In this document: piece after piece, positions 44,248 to 54,969 of the stretch
Position numbering within the stretch: position 1 is the stretch's first letter
Layout: the number at the start of each line of letters is the position of its first letter
NCBI GenBank assembly: GCA_963703345.1
Contig: OY969814.1
Span: 1,312,001-1,376,000, forward strand
Source: an uncultured Chloroflexia bacterium
GTDB lineage: Bacteria; Chloroflexota; Dehalococcoidia; DSTF01; JALHUB01
Reading direction: 5' to 3'
DNA: 64,000 nucleotides
Program-made: the position numbers and the translations under genes
Notes under the pieces: generated by a model
Database searches by the model: none
What the model saw: only the letters and a program-made list of their open reading frames with translations
Told to the model about the DNA's origin: nothing

Positions 44248-44853
44248 ATGAGCAACAGCTATCTCAAGGGAATCCGCGAGCATCCGGAGATCTCACGTGA
44301 GGATATCCAAATCCTCCGGCGTTATCTTCCTGGCGCCCATCGCATAGTTGACATTGGCTGTGGACAGGGCGGGTTCCTGGGTCTCTTGGAAGGCGAATTC
44401 GGACTGGCTATCGGTCTCGATCTGTCGGCAGAGGCTGTCCGAATGTGCCCGGAGAGAGGCGCGTCGGGAATCCGATCGGACGCCCTGTTCCTGCCTTTGC
44501 GGACAGGCTCCATGGATATCGTCCGCGCGAAGGAGATCATCGAGCATCTCCCCGATCCCCTGTCCATGGTCCGGGAGGCATATCGGGTTGTCAGGCCCGG
44601 CGGTCTCTTCCTGGCCCACGTGCCCAGCCAGTACTCTACCCTCTATCCCGTTGCCAACTTCTTCGATGACTACACTCACATCCGGCCGCTGAGCCGCTCC
44701 GGCGCCCGCCGGCTCATCGGGAATGCGGGCTTCGAGCTTCTCTTCATTCAAGGCTACACGGCCGGGCGAAACAAGCTGGAGCGGGGCGCTGCTCGCCTCC
44801 TGGCCGTCATTCTTCCCCACACATGGCGCATCCTTGGGCGTAAGGCGCCTTGA
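44248..44853 (+). CDS. Class I SAM-dependent methyltransferase
   Basis: VDIGCGQG, IEHLPDP, DDYTH. Confidence 0.88.
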   Translation: MSNSYLKGIREHPEISREDIQILRRYLPGAHRIVDIGCGQGGFLGLLEGEFGLAIGLDLSAEAVRMCPERGASGIRSDALFLPLRTGSMDIVRAKEIIEHLPDPLSMVREAYRVVRPGGLFLAHVPSQYSTLYPVANFFDDYTHIRPLSRSGARRLIGNAGFELLFIQGYTAGRNKLERGAARLLAVILPHTWRILGRKAP

Positions 44854-45185
44854 GAACGGGAAGGGGCGCGTCTGCGCGGTGCCAACGTAGTATGCCCCTA
44901 TCTTCATGCGTGAACGAGCCAACCCCTACTGACTTGCAGCGACACCGTACCCCGGGCTATCCGAGAGCCCCGGTGTTCAGATGCCCTGATGCGGATGGTC
45001 TTCTGCCCTCCGACAGCTCTTCAGTTGTTCTCCTCCAGTTGTTGAAATGAGCTAGCTCGGTGGCGGCGGTTGGAGTGCCGGGCTATCACGCTCGCCGCTG
45101 GCTGTCCGGGCGACGCGCCCGCTTCGTCGTTTGCTTCTGGAACGTTCACTCGAGTCGGTACGGCGGAAACGGGGCTGCGACTCGG

Positions 45186-46361
45186 CTACTCGGCTTCGAG
45201 GACACCGGTGAGCACCCCGACGAAGAAGAGATTGGCGCCCATCACTATCAGGCTCTGCGCCACGGCCGCAATGTCGACCCAGTTCAGCGCGTTGGCACCG
45301 CTTGGTGAACTGACGAGTATGAAGAGGTCGACGCCGATGCCGCAGGCCATCAGGAAGAGGCCAAGCAGGAAAAGGCCTTCCAGCCCGAGATATTTCCGAT
45401 AGAAGCGCAGGAGCCAGTCCGGCTCCGTATCGCCGCGGGCGGTGGTGTAGATGCGCGATGCCAGTCCGAGCAGCACCGCGTTCATACCGACGACAAGGAA
45501 TATCGTCCCGGCGAATATGGGCTGCCAGCGCAGCGGCCCTATCTCGATGCCGTGGGACGACGGCAGCGCCATTGCGAGCGTTAGGATGCCCAACGCAATC
45601 AGGAAGAGGCCCGGGAATGTGTACAGGTGGCTGGGGCTGGCCAGGATGAGGTAGCGCAGGTGCCGCCAGCCGTCGCGGAAGGTGTTCAGCTTGCTTCCGG
45701 TCTGCCGCGGATGATAGGGAATAGGCACCTCAGCCATGCGCAGGCCGCGGCGCGCGCTCTTCAGTATCATTTCCGACGCCAACTCCATGCCCGCCGATTT
45801 TAGCTCCATCAGCTCGTATGCCTCGCGGGTGAAGGCGCGCAGGCCGCACTGGCTGTCGCCCAGGCGCGCGCCGGAGAAAAAGCCGAGAAGGGCGGTTAGC
45901 GCTGGCGTCCCGATGAAGCGGTGACTCCAGGTCATCGACCCGGGAGAGAGCATCTTCAGCCGATTGCCGACTACCATGTCGAAGCCTTCGCTCAGCGGGC
46001 TGACGAGGTTCGTCAGGTCCGAAAGGTCGTACGTGTCGTCGGCGTCGGCCATGATGATTACGCTGCCGCGCGATTCTGCGAAGCCGCGCCGGTGCGCCGC
46101 TCCGTAGCCCCGCCGCGACTCGTCGAGGACCCGGGCGCCGGCGGCCTTCGCCTCTTCGCGCGAGCGGTCCGTCGAGCCGTTGTCGACGACCAACACCTCG
46201 CCGCGTAGCCCGGCCGACTCGAACCAGCTTCGAGCCTTGCGCACGCAGCTCGCGACGGTCTGCTCCTCGTTCAAGCAGGGTAGGACGACGGAGACGTCGA
46301 TTAACTCTTCCGACTCCGGCGCCGTTGCCGGAGGTCTCGGCTCAGCTTGTTCGGGGACCAT
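45186..46361 (-). CDS. GT2 polyprenol-phosphate glycosyltransferase (DPM1-like) with C-terminal TM domain
   Basis: PCLNEE, VDNGSTD, DADDTY, DSQCGLR, RDGWRHL. Confidence 0.9.
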   Translation of the reverse strand: MVPEQAEPRPPATAPESEELIDVSVVLPCLNEEQTVASCVRKARSWFESAGLRGEVLVVDNGSTDRSREEAKAAGARVLDESRRGYGAAHRRGFAESRGSVIIMADADDTYDLSDLTNLVSPLSEGFDMVVGNRLKMLSPGSMTWSHRFIGTPALTALLGFFSGARLGDSQCGLRAFTREAYELMELKSAGMELASEMILKSARRGLRMAEVPIPYHPRQTGSKLNTFRDGWRHLRYLILASPSHLYTFPGLFLIALGILTLAMALPSSHGIEIGPLRWQPIFAGTIFLVVGMNAVLLGLASRIYTTARGDTEPDWLLRFYRKYLGLEGLFLLGLFLMACGIGVDLFILVSSPSGANALNWVDIAAVAQSLIVMGANLFFVGVLTGVLEAE

Positions 46362-46427
46362 TCGCTCCTCCCGGAAGGGCGTTTCGGCCTGTTCGTCGCC
46401 CGATCTGTGGGCGTCCCGCGCCTCCGA

Positions 46428-49223
46428 TCAGAATGGCGTTATCGTGACTTCGTCTTCCATCTTGCCCTGATCCATGGGCGAGCTCAGCAATCTAACGCCG
46501 GTCGAGGAGGTGCCTTCGCCCTGCAATTGGATTTCGATATGATGCCTCCCCGGATCAAGCGACATCCCTGCGGGGCACTCCGCGTAAGCGTTGGGCCCGG
46601 CTTGGCACTGTTTCAGAAGCGCTCCATCAACATAGATGGTCGCCGTTCCCCCAGTATACCTGAGCAGCAGGTTGAACGCGTGGGCGTCTTGCAGCGACCA
46701 CCAGGAGGAGAATCTCTCGTCTTTCAAACTCACTATCGGCGCGAAGCCGGGGACGTGGTATGTGTCCTTCGCCTGCTGCAAGACAATGCCGCTGCTCGCA
46801 AGGTCAACGCCGTAGTCTATGCGTTGAGAGGGTACCAAACTGCCGTCCAAGCGCGCGAAGTCCCGAACGTGCTGCCACCCGACGACGGATTGCAGGGAAA
46901 AGAGGTCCTGTTTCTCCAGGAACGCCATCGCGCCGTTGGACGAGCGCCAGAGAAGCTGCAGGTCACCGCCGGATGACTGCTTCACAGTCGTTATCTCCAC
47001 TGTGTGCCAGCCGGCCGCGAGCGTTCCCGTCGATTGTAGCTGGCCTGACACGTCGTTCGCATCATAGGCAGGGTTGTCATCGAGGCGAACGCGGACGGGA
47101 TCGGCGCTGCTGGCCTGGAGCAGATAAGGTCCGCTGTTAGCGAGATAAACGAGTCCTCTCCAGCGAACGGCAAAGGGCGGTGGTATGGGAGGCGTCGAGT
47201 CTGCCCAGGATAGGTTCGATACGTCATCCACCTGTCCAACGGGGACCCCGCTTCCGTCGACAGGAGTGTACTCCCCGTAAAGCCCTTGCCGGCTCCTGAC
47301 TAGCTCGCTGCTGAAGCTGTACCCGACGATGTAGTAGTTTTTCGACGGGCCTTCGTACTCTTCTTCCAGGACCGCGCCCGGGTAGCCCTCCTCCACGCTT
47401 TGCTCTAACGCTTTCAGCGCTTCGGCGTCGACGAGGAAAGCGAGCGATATTGGGTCCGAGTGGACGTTGCGTATCGGCCAGGACTCCTGGGGGCTGGCAA
47501 GAGGTGCGCCGTCAAGATCGTGGCATATCCAGACGTAGTCGCCCCATGCCCTAATCTGTTCTTGCAACGTCTGATGGGGCTGGCCAAAACCAAGGTCGGC
47601 GCGCGCCTGGAAAGCATAGCTGAAGTTGTCCGTTCCCTTCCCTTGCATGTAATCGCACAGGGCGTACCACTGGCTTACCGTGTGCCCGTATTCAGTCAGA
47701 ACTGCCTGGTTCTTGGCCACGTTCTTGAAGAGCGTCGCGCCGTTCCAGGAGCAGACATAGATGGCCGCGCCCAGCATGGCGACGTTGAAGACGGCCTGGG
47801 AATGTCGATGCGGCACCAGTCTGGACCAGAGAGAGCGGAGGTCCTGTAGCAGGAAAGCAGCAAGTATGAAGCCCACCGGCACGAGGCCTATGAATTTCCA
47901 GGGGGCCCAGTTCGATAGCAGCAGTGCGCCGCCCGCAAGCGTCGCCAGGAACCAGCCGAGGAAGAATATCCTGTAGGGACGAAAGAGCCTGAAGCCGGCG
48001 TACAAAACGCCCGCGACCACCAGAGTCGCTGATATCGGATCAAGGACGCGGATTCCGGGAATAGTTAGGGGGATGGTATCCTGAGCCTTGTCGGGTCCGG
48101 CCGGCAGAAAGAGGCCAACGGCCCACCGCGCCTGCTGAGTCCAGTTTGGGGCGATAAGGCCCGGCGTTCCTCTGTTTGTGCGATCCCATTCCTGGCGATG
48201 AAGCGAAGCCAGGTACACGTCTTGCCCAAGATGTGCTCCGACCATCATCGGTCCGGCCGTGATCCCCGCCGCGAGAGCGAAAGCCAGCGCCGGTCGCCAC
48301 GCCTTCCGTGCGATCTCCGCGACGGCGTTCCCAAGTGGTCTCAGCCCTTGCTTAAGAGCGGGAAGAAGCTGCCAGAGCCCAAGAAGGGCCAGAAAACCCA
48401 CCACGTACAACGGCATTGGCTTGTAGTTCTCGTATTCGTAAGAGATGAGGCTGCAGAGCACTCCGAGGCCGAAGAAAGCGAGGGAGCTGCGCGTCTTGAT
48501 GCCTTTGACCAGCAAGTAGGCCGCCAGCAGCGTCAGCACCGTGGTCGCTTCGAAGGCGTGACGGTCGAACAGTGACGGCCAGTATGCCGCCGCGAAAAGC
48601 AGCGTCCCAAAAAGCGCTATAGACGCGCTGACGAGTTCTCGAAGGAGCAGGTAGAGGATCGGGATTGATAAAATGCCCGCCACGATGAACACTATGCGAA
48701 GCCCCAACGCGTTGTAGCCGAGGAGAAGAAAGCCTAAGGCTGTGACGTAGCGCGTGACAGCGAATGGAATCTGGACGTCCCCGTGAAGGGCCCTGAAGGC
48801 AACGCCGCCGTCTATCCCCTCCTCGAACACCAATGTGTTGCTCGGCGGAATCGTTCCATACATGTAGAGCCGCATGAACACCCCGAACCCGAGGATCAGC
48901 AGGAAGAGGACGATTTCGATTCGATGTCCCGACCAGAAGGAGCCAAGCCAGCTACGCCATCGTGCGGGCGACCTGACGTGAACATCCCAGGCGAAGATGA
49001 GGCCCAGCAGAAGAGCCAGGCCGTACCAGACGATTGCTTCAGAGAAGCGATGCATCAACGTCTCGTCGATGATGCGCGACGCATGCAAGGCGACAACCAC
49101 GGCACCGAGAAGCGCCGCGAACCGCACCGCCCAGCAGAGGAGGCCGAAGAATCTTCGGCGCCACTGCTTTGGCGTCACCGAGTCATCTTGGAAGTCCTGA
49201 ATACTCGTCTTCTCCAAGTGCAT
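46428..49223 (-). CDS. GT-C (PMT/ArnT-like) glycosyltransferase with C-terminal PA14-like domains
   Basis: FEE loop after early TM, ALGLR..., many TM helices; FAVRWRG and RFSSWW PA14-like strands. Confidence 0.75.
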   Translation of the reverse strand: MHLEKTSIQDFQDDSVTPKQWRRRFFGLLCWAVRFAALLGAVVVALHASRIIDETLMHRFSEAIVWYGLALLLGLIFAWDVHVRSPARWRSWLGSFWSGHRIEIVLFLLILGFGVFMRLYMYGTIPPSNTLVFEEGIDGGVAFRALHGDVQIPFAVTRYVTALGFLLLGYNALGLRIVFIVAGILSIPILYLLLRELVSASIALFGTLLFAAAYWPSLFDRHAFEATTVLTLLAAYLLVKGIKTRSSLAFFGLGVLCSLISYEYENYKPMPLYVVGFLALLGLWQLLPALKQGLRPLGNAVAEIARKAWRPALAFALAAGITAGPMMVGAHLGQDVYLASLHRQEWDRTNRGTPGLIAPNWTQQARWAVGLFLPAGPDKAQDTIPLTIPGIRVLDPISATLVVAGVLYAGFRLFRPYRIFFLGWFLATLAGGALLLSNWAPWKFIGLVPVGFILAAFLLQDLRSLWSRLVPHRHSQAVFNVAMLGAAIYVCSWNGATLFKNVAKNQAVLTEYGHTVSQWYALCDYMQGKGTDNFSYAFQARADLGFGQPHQTLQEQIRAWGDYVWICHDLDGAPLASPQESWPIRNVHSDPISLAFLVDAEALKALEQSVEEGYPGAVLEEEYEGPSKNYYIVGYSFSSELVRSRQGLYGEYTPVDGSGVPVGQVDDVSNLSWADSTPPIPPPFAVRWRGLVYLANSGPYLLQASSADPVRVRLDDNPAYDANDVSGQLQSTGTLAAGWHTVEITTVKQSSGGDLQLLWRSSNGAMAFLEKQDLFSLQSVVGWQHVRDFARLDGSLVPSQRIDYGVDLASSGIVLQQAKDTYHVPGFAPIVSLKDERFSSWWSLQDAHAFNLLLRYTGGTATIYVDGALLKQCQAGPNAYAECPAGMSLDPGRHHIEIQLQGEGTSSTGVRLLSSPMDQGKMEDEVTITPF

Positions 49224-49352
49224 GGTCTCCCGCTCGCCGCGTTTGTCCTGGATGATGGGCTCGTGGAGAGTAGTCTAAGCAAAAAACGCAGGCGTCGCAA
49301 CTTATGTTGCGGACAGGGGAGAAGGGCGAGTCGTGACAGGCAGGATGCGGCG

Positions 49353-49943
49353 CTAGCCGGCGCGGCGCTGCCGGGACGCCTCGCAATCGTGGCAGCCGAG
49401 GAGGATCATGCGGATCGCCTCTTCTTCGTCGACCTCGCAATCGACGCAGCCGTCGCGGGCCAGCGGAATGACGACCATAGAGGGAAGCGGCATGCCCTTC
49501 GCCGAGACCTCTTTGACGCCGTTGACGCCCGCCGCCAGTTCCTTGTCGCAGGCGACGGCGCCGATGGCGCGCGGCTGCTTCTCCTCGACATAACGCAGGA
49601 CGAGGCGGCCGCCGGGAGCTATGCAGACGTCCTTGTATCCCGCCGCCGGCGCCGCCTCGCGGAGACTGCGGATGGCGCAGGGCAAATCGCAATCATCCGG
49701 ACATTCCATGCCGGAGCGCGTGTGCTTGCCGCGACAGCCCTCGCTGGAGCGAAGGCAGTGCGGCAGCAAAAGGATTCGCTCCGCGGGTTCGATGTCCGCG
49801 AAATCGAGTCGTGCCGCAGCCGGATGACCAGGTAGGCGTAGCTGATGAGCCCCAGCAGGCCCGCCGGCAGTGAGTTTCTCCTCCAGCTCCTGCTGCGAGA
49901 GTCCCTTGAGGGCCGCCGGCTCATCGATACGTTCAAGCGTCAT
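49353..49943 (-). CDS. DUF116-family Cys-rich protein with chimeric N-terminus
   Basis: RILLLPHCLR..C..C..C, IAPGG, AVAC..EL, GC.D; N-terminal ~45 codons derive from dxs and flippase sequences. Confidence 0.75.
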   Translation of the reverse strand: MTLERIDEPAALKGLSQQELEEKLTAGGPAGAHQLRLPGHPAAARLDFADIEPAERILLLPHCLRSSEGCRGKHTRSGMECPDDCDLPCAIRSLREAAPAAGYKDVCIAPGGRLVLRYVEEKQPRAIGAVACDKELAAGVNGVKEVSAKGMPLPSMVVIPLARDGCVDCEVDEEEAIRMILLGCHDCEASRQRRAG

Positions 49944-50013
49944 GCCTTGGACTCCGAGGATATCGGATAACGAGGTATCCCTAAGGCCATCATCCCGCGC
50001 TGGGGATGCCTTG

Positions 50014-50985
50014 TCAAGAGGTCAGAGTTTCGGCGAACTGAACGGCGTCTTCGTCGGAGAAGAAGGACTTGATGAGGGCCGGGCTGAGGATGAAGAGCAG
50101 CAGGAGGAAGGAGGCGGCAAGAAGCCCGAACAGCCCTTGCTCACCCCACAGGTTGTGGGCGACGGTCGCGGCCGCCAGCGTTCCGACGACGACGAGGCCG
50201 CCGATCTTGAGAACGCGCTGTCGTACGAGAACGAAGGCGGCGGAGGTGACGGCCAGCGCTATCAGCGCCAGGCTCATCTCCGCGTCGAGGGCGTGAAGCG
50301 CGAGGGCCGGGCCCTGGAAGAAGCCGTGCATGTCTCTCAGGCTGCACAGCCAACCACCGATGATCGGCAGCGGGACGAGCATCAGCGACGCCAGCAGCCA
50401 GTCGCGCTCAGCGACGCGGACGGTCGTGACGGCGATGACGGATAGGGAGAGCACGCAGAACAGCAGCACGAGCGCGACGAGGGCGAAGTTCGGCGCTGGA
50501 CCGGCCGTCAGCACAAAGGACACTACTTGCGCAAGGATAGATCTGCTGACCCAGCCGCAGATCAGCGGTATCGCCAGCGAGTAGCCGATCCAGGGGTAGA
50601 GCCAGCTTGGCCGGCCGTTCCACCAGGCAAGAATCGTGATGGCCGCAATGCCAACGACGGCGCCGATCCCCCAGAGCGGCTGCAACCAGAGGTGGCTGGC
50701 AAAGAGGAAGGCGACGATGAGGTGCGGCAGCGACGCGAGAGCGGCTTCCGCTAGACTGCCGTGGCTGTGCGCCTCGTACATGCGGCGGGCGATGATGCGC
50801 GGCCTGCCGCAGCAGAGAATCGCCAGGCGAGCGGCTTCCTGCTCGGAAAACCCTTCGCCCTGAAGCTCCTGGGTCTTCTCCTGGAAGTACGTACGAAGTT
50901 CGGCTAGGACCAGCCGTTTTGTGCGTGGTTCCAGATGGAGCAGATCATGGACTTCACGCAGATAGCACCCAACCTCTGGCAACAT
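50014..50985 (-). CDS. Membrane protein with N-terminal HAAS/permease-prefix-like domain
   Basis: YL.EV..L...ELR.YF.E...G.SE.EA...A...G.P..IA then multiple TM helices; follows padR. Confidence 0.7.
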   Translation of the reverse strand: MLPEVGCYLREVHDLLHLEPRTKRLVLAELRTYFQEKTQELQGEGFSEQEAARLAILCCGRPRIIARRMYEAHSHGSLAEAALASLPHLIVAFLFASHLWLQPLWGIGAVVGIAAITILAWWNGRPSWLYPWIGYSLAIPLICGWVSRSILAQVVSFVLTAGPAPNFALVALVLLFCVLSLSVIAVTTVRVAERDWLLASLMLVPLPIIGGWLCSLRDMHGFFQGPALALHALDAEMSLALIALAVTSAAFVLVRQRVLKIGGLVVVGTLAAATVAHNLWGEQGLFGLLAASFLLLLFILSPALIKSFFSDEDAVQFAETLTS

Positions 50986-51003
50986 CCTCTTGCCCGACCT
51001 GCG

Positions 51004-51348
51004 CTATGCTCTGGACGGCTTGTAGATGAGGTTTACGGCGTTCTGGAAGCCTTCCCAAGCCTTAATGCGCTCGCTGAGTTCCTTCCTGCCCTTGTCGGTG
51101 ATGCGATAGCACCGCCGCTGCTGGCCGCTCGGCAGCTCCGACCACTCGCCCTGGATGAGCCCCTGGTTCTCCAGCTTGTGCAGGGCAGGATAGATTGTGC
51201 CTTCTTTGAAACTCAGGTAGCCCTTACTCCGCCTTTCGATCTCCCTGATGATCTCGTATCCGTACGATTGCCCCTTCTCTTCAATCAGGAAGAGGAGCAG
51301 GCCGTCGGCGCTGCCGCGGAGCATGTATTCGGAGCGACTCTCTTTCAT
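51004..51348 (-). CDS. PadR-family transcriptional regulator
   Basis: YGYEI, EGTIYPALHKLE, RRCYRITDKG. Confidence 0.93.
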   Translation of the reverse strand: MKESRSEYMLRGSADGLLLFLIEEKGQSYGYEIIREIERRSKGYLSFKEGTIYPALHKLENQGLIQGEWSELPSGQQRRCYRITDKGRKELSERIKAWEGFQNAVNLIYKPSRA

Positions 51349-51653
51349 ACCTAGACTCCCTATGCTCAGAATAGCAGCCGTCAAGGCGCCTCGTCAAGCA
51401 GATCCTGGTGGCCGCGTCGTACCGGCGGCTGACCCGCGCCGTCGAAAAATCATCCCTCCGGTCGATGCGCAACACCATCCGTTCGGTCGAATAATTCGAT
51501 GAGTCAGAAGTGGAGCTGCGCCCGAAAAAAGGAGGCTCCGAAGAGGGACATGACGACCACGCGGCGCGAAGCAGGATGCTCAAGGCGCCAAACGGATCGG
51601 CACGCCCCGTGAACGTGTTGGAAACGACTGTCGTGATGAGGTAGGGGGAGAGA

Positions 51654-52856
51654 TTGCTCTACAAGTACGTCGCTTTCGCGCCCTCAGGCGAGCGAATCGT
51701 CGGCTCCGTCGACGCCGCGAGCGAAGACGTCGCTGAGCGCACGCTGTGGGACTGGCATTACAAAGTCGTGCAATTGCGGCGCGTCAGGGTGCGGCCGACG
51801 CTTGACAAGATCATCCCTTCGTTCTTCGGCGTCAAGCCGCGGGAGATCATCAACTTCAGCCGCCACCTGGCCACGCTCGTCGAATCTGGAATCGCGCTCC
51901 TTCAGGCGCTGGAGCTCCTACAGGGGCAGAACCGCGGTCCGTTCGGGCGCGTGCTGGGCGAAATTGCCCGCGATCTGAAGGACGGCTCGCCGTTCTCCGC
52001 CGCCATCGCCAAGCACGACGTCTTCCCGCCGATCTACAGCCGTCTGATGGAGGTCGGCGAGCGCACCGGCAGCCTGGAGACGGTGCTTCGGCGCGTTGCC
52101 TCGCACATGGAGAAGGAGCAGGCGATCGTGAAGAAGGTTCGCGGCGCGATGGCCTATCCGGCGTTCATCGTCGTCCTGGCGGCCGTGGTCGTCGGCATTC
52201 TTGTTACGACGGCGCTTCCGCCGCTGATCAGCCTCTTCGGCGAGTTCAATACGCAACTCCCGCTGCCGACGCGGATCCTTCTCGCCGTCAGCAAGTTCGC
52301 GATAGCCTACAAGATACACATGCTGGTCGTGGCCGTTGCCATCGTGGCGGCGCTTACCTGGCACATCAGGCGGCCGGCAGGACGGCGCCAACTCGATTTC
52401 TTGATGGTGAAGCTGCCTCTCATCGGCGCCATCAACGTCCAGAGCAACGTTTCGCGCTTCAGCCGGACGATGGCGATGCTTCTCCGCGCCGGGCTCCCGC
52501 TCTCCGACATCATGGAGCTCGTCCTTCAGACAACGCAAAACCAGATCGTCCGCGACGCGCTGGTCGGCGTCCGCGAGGACCTGATGCACGGCGAGGGGCT
52601 TTCCAAGCCGTTTGCCAGCTCGGGGCTCTTTCCGTCGATGCTGGCGCAGGTCGTGGCCGTCGGCGAGGAAACGGGCGCGCTGGATACGAACCTGGACACG
52701 CTGGCGGAGTTCTACGCCGCGGAGGTCAACGAGAGGGTCGGGGCGCTGACGTCGATGATCCAGCCGGCCATGACGCTAGTCATCGGGCTGGTCGTCGCCT
52801 TCATTGCCGTATCAATCATCATGCCGATGTACAGCATCATGGGGCACATTCAGTAG
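51654..52856 (+). CDS. pilC: Type IV pilus platform protein (PilC/GspF family)
   Basis: [31 protein letters not shown]. Confidence 0.93.
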   Translation: MLYKYVAFAPSGERIVGSVDAASEDVAERTLWDWHYKVVQLRRVRVRPTLDKIIPSFFGVKPREIINFSRHLATLVESGIALLQALELLQGQNRGPFGRVLGEIARDLKDGSPFSAAIAKHDVFPPIYSRLMEVGERTGSLETVLRRVASHMEKEQAIVKKVRGAMAYPAFIVVLAAVVVGILVTTALPPLISLFGEFNTQLPLPTRILLAVSKFAIAYKIHMLVVAVAIVAALTWHIRRPAGRRQLDFLMVKLPLIGAINVQSNVSRFSRTMAMLLRAGLPLSDIMELVLQTTQNQIVRDALVGVREDLMHGEGLSKPFASSGLFPSMLAQVVAVGEETGALDTNLDTLAEFYAAEVNERVGALTSMIQPAMTLVIGLVVAFIAVSIIMPMYSIMGHIQ

Positions 52857-52858
52857 AG

Positions 52859-53272
52859 ATGACGACAGGAAACGGAATCTCACGAAGAAAGCCGGCGTCT
52901 TTTTCGCCAATGCGACGCGACGAAGAGGGCGTCGGGCTCGTGGAGACGCTGATAGCCGTGGGCATACTCGGTCTCGCCCTCACGGCGCTGCTGGCAGCGG
53001 TCTCGACGGGCAGTCTGGCGACTTCGCGGTCGCAGGAGCGGGTGACGGCGGAGAACATGGCGCGCTCGCAACTGGAGTACGTCAAGAGCCAGCCCTACGC
53101 GACGCCTCCAGCTTCCTACGCCACCGTGACGCCTTCGCCGGGTGGCTACGCGGTCAGCGCTGTCGTGGAGGCGATACCAGACGCCGACAGCGCAATCGAG
53201 AAGGTTACGGTCACCGTCACGCGCGACGGCAAGACGCTGTTCGTGACCGAGGACTACAAGGTAGACCGATGA
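52859..53272 (+). CDS. Minor pilin (PilV-like)
   Basis: [11 protein letters not shown] class III signal, E5. Confidence 0.8.
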   Translation: MTTGNGISRRKPASFSPMRRDEEGVGLVETLIAVGILGLALTALLAAVSTGSLATSRSQERVTAENMARSQLEYVKSQPYATPPASYATVTPSPGGYAVSAVVEAIPDADSAIEKVTVTVTRDGKTLFVTEDYKVDR

Positions 53273-54969
53273 GGTGGAACGCTGGTGAGTCAGGGATGAC
53301 GCTGGTCGAATTGCTGATAGCTCTAGCCATCGGCGGCCTGGTCGTCGGAGTGATCGGCGCGGCGTTGTCGCAGTTCCTGAGGACGACGAGCCGTGGTCAT
53401 GACCAGCTTGCCGTTGTGCATGACCAGCGCGACGCCCTCTCCTGGCTGAGTCGCGATGCCCAGATGGCCGTATCGTCCCTGGCGACGGTTGGGCCCGACG
53501 CCGTCACTCTGAACTGGACTGACCAGGTCACCGGCGATTCCTATCAGAGCCACTATCAGCAGTCGGGGAGCGAGCTCGTGCGCACACTGGCGGTCAACGG
53601 CACGCCCTCCGCTTTGCCGGTCGCGCGCGATCTCCAACCGGATGGGTTCAGCGCCTCGCGGAACGGCGACCTGATAACGGTGCATATAGCCAGCAGCCAG
53701 GGGCAGGAAAGCGCGTCGCGGTCGGAGATGGTGCTGATGCGTCCGCCCCAAGAGGTGATGACGCCCCTCCCGACGCTGCCACCGACGTCCACGCCGACCA
53801 ACACGCCAACCGCCACGCCCACCTTCACGCTGACGCCCACGCCGACGTTCACCTTCACACCAACGCCGACGGACACCGCCACATCGACGGCGACCCATAC
53901 GGTCACGCCCACTCCGACGTCGACGGTCACCCTCACTCCCACGGCAACCCCGACGTTCACTCCGACGCCGTCGCCCACAAACACGCCGACCGCCACGTAT
54001 ACGCCGACGCCGACGCGGACCTTCACGCCGACAGCTACCAATACGCCGACGCCTACGCCATGCGTACCCGCGCTTGTCCAAAAGGCGTCCGGCGTATCAC
54101 AGAACCAGAACGCCACCAGCGTCTCGGCGTCGTTCTCGGCCGCGCCGACCGCCAACCACCTGCTGGTCGCGATCGTCGGCACAGACATCTCAGTAACCAT
54201 CATCACGCCCGTCGGCTGGTCGACCGCCATCAACCAGAGCGGGGCGCCCGGGCAGGCCATCTTCTACAAGGTGGCTGGCGGCTCCGAGTCCAATACCGTC
54301 ACGGTCACTGTCTCGAGCGGTACCCAGTTGGGACTGCAGATCTACGAATACAGCGGTGTGGCCACTACCTCGCCGCTCGATCAGACAGCATCGTCTACCG
54401 GCAGCAGCAATTCACCGTCCTCAGGGAGCGTCACGACCACGGGGGCCAACGACCTTCTCATCGCGGGTGTTGTCATCCAGGCCGACACCAGTTTCAGCAA
54501 CTGGACCAACTCCTTCAATGAAGAGTCTGACTTTAACAACACCGGAGGGAATCCCAAACGTAGTTACGCCGGCGCGGACCGCATAGTGACGGCGACCGGC
54601 ACGTACTCCACCACGGCGACCACGACGGTGTCGGGAGCCTGGCGCGGGCAGATCGTCTCGTTCAAGGCAGCGCCCGCCTGCACGGGGACATCTACGGCTA
54701 CCTACCAGGGGAACAGCACCGACAACCAGTCGATCACCGGTCTCGCCTTCCAACTTCTGCTGGTGTGGCTCAAGCGGGCTGGCGCGCAGGGCGGCGTGTG
54801 GCGTCCCGCGAGCATCGTCGGCGACCACACCCTCTACTGCGACGCGACGGCCTTCACCACTCTCCGCACCGAGGCGCTGCAAGCGGACGGCTTCCAGGTG
54901 GGCACTAACGTCACGGCCAACAACAATGGCAGCACTTATTACTGCCCTGCTCCGCGACATGGTGGCTGA
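53269..54969 (+). CDS. Large minor pilin (PilW-like) with PT-repeat linker and beta-rich C-terminal domains
   Basis: [10 protein letters not shown] prepilin motif; roughly 100-aa PT repeat. Confidence 0.82.
   Translation: MRWNAGESGMTLVELLIALAIGGLVVGVIGAALSQFLRTTSRGHDQLAVVHDQRDALSWLSRDAQMAVSSLATVGPDAVTLNWTDQVTGDSYQSHYQQSGSELVRTLAVNGTPSALPVARDLQPDGFSASRNGDLITVHIASSQGQESASRSEMVLMRPPQEVMTPLPTLPPTSTPTNTPTATPTFTLTPTPTFTFTPTPTDTATSTATHTVTPTPTSTVTLTPTATPTFTPTPSPTNTPTATYTPTPTRTFTPTATNTPTPTPCVPALVQKASGVSQNQNATSVSASFSAAPTANHLLVAIVGTDISVTIITPVGWSTAINQSGAPGQAIFYKVAGGSESNTVTVTVSSGTQLGLQIYEYSGVATTSPLDQTASSTGSSNSPSSGSVTTTGANDLLIAGVVIQADTSFSNWTNSFNEESDFNNTGGNPKRSYAGADRIVTATGTYSTTATTTVSGAWRGQIVSFKAAPACTGTSTATYQGNSTDNQSITGLAFQLLLVWLKRAGAQGGVWRPASIVGDHTLYCDATAFTTLRTEALQADGFQVGTNVTANNNGSTYYCPAPRHGG
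53758..54060 (+). repeat. Low-complexity Pro/Thr coding repeat
   Basis: Repeated ACGCCG-like codons encoding TPT/TATPT units. Confidence 0.85.

Noticed and set aside
44854-45185. Gene remnant starting MKIGAYY or a structured RNA
   Set aside because: Match is too short and no convincing fold or frame continues
51540-51612. Leader peptide upstream of pilC
   Set aside because: 20-codon ORF with no distinctive composition or attenuator structure
53758-54060. CRISPR-like array
   Set aside because: Degenerate in-frame Pro/Thr codon repeats, no fixed repeat-spacer structure and no cas genes
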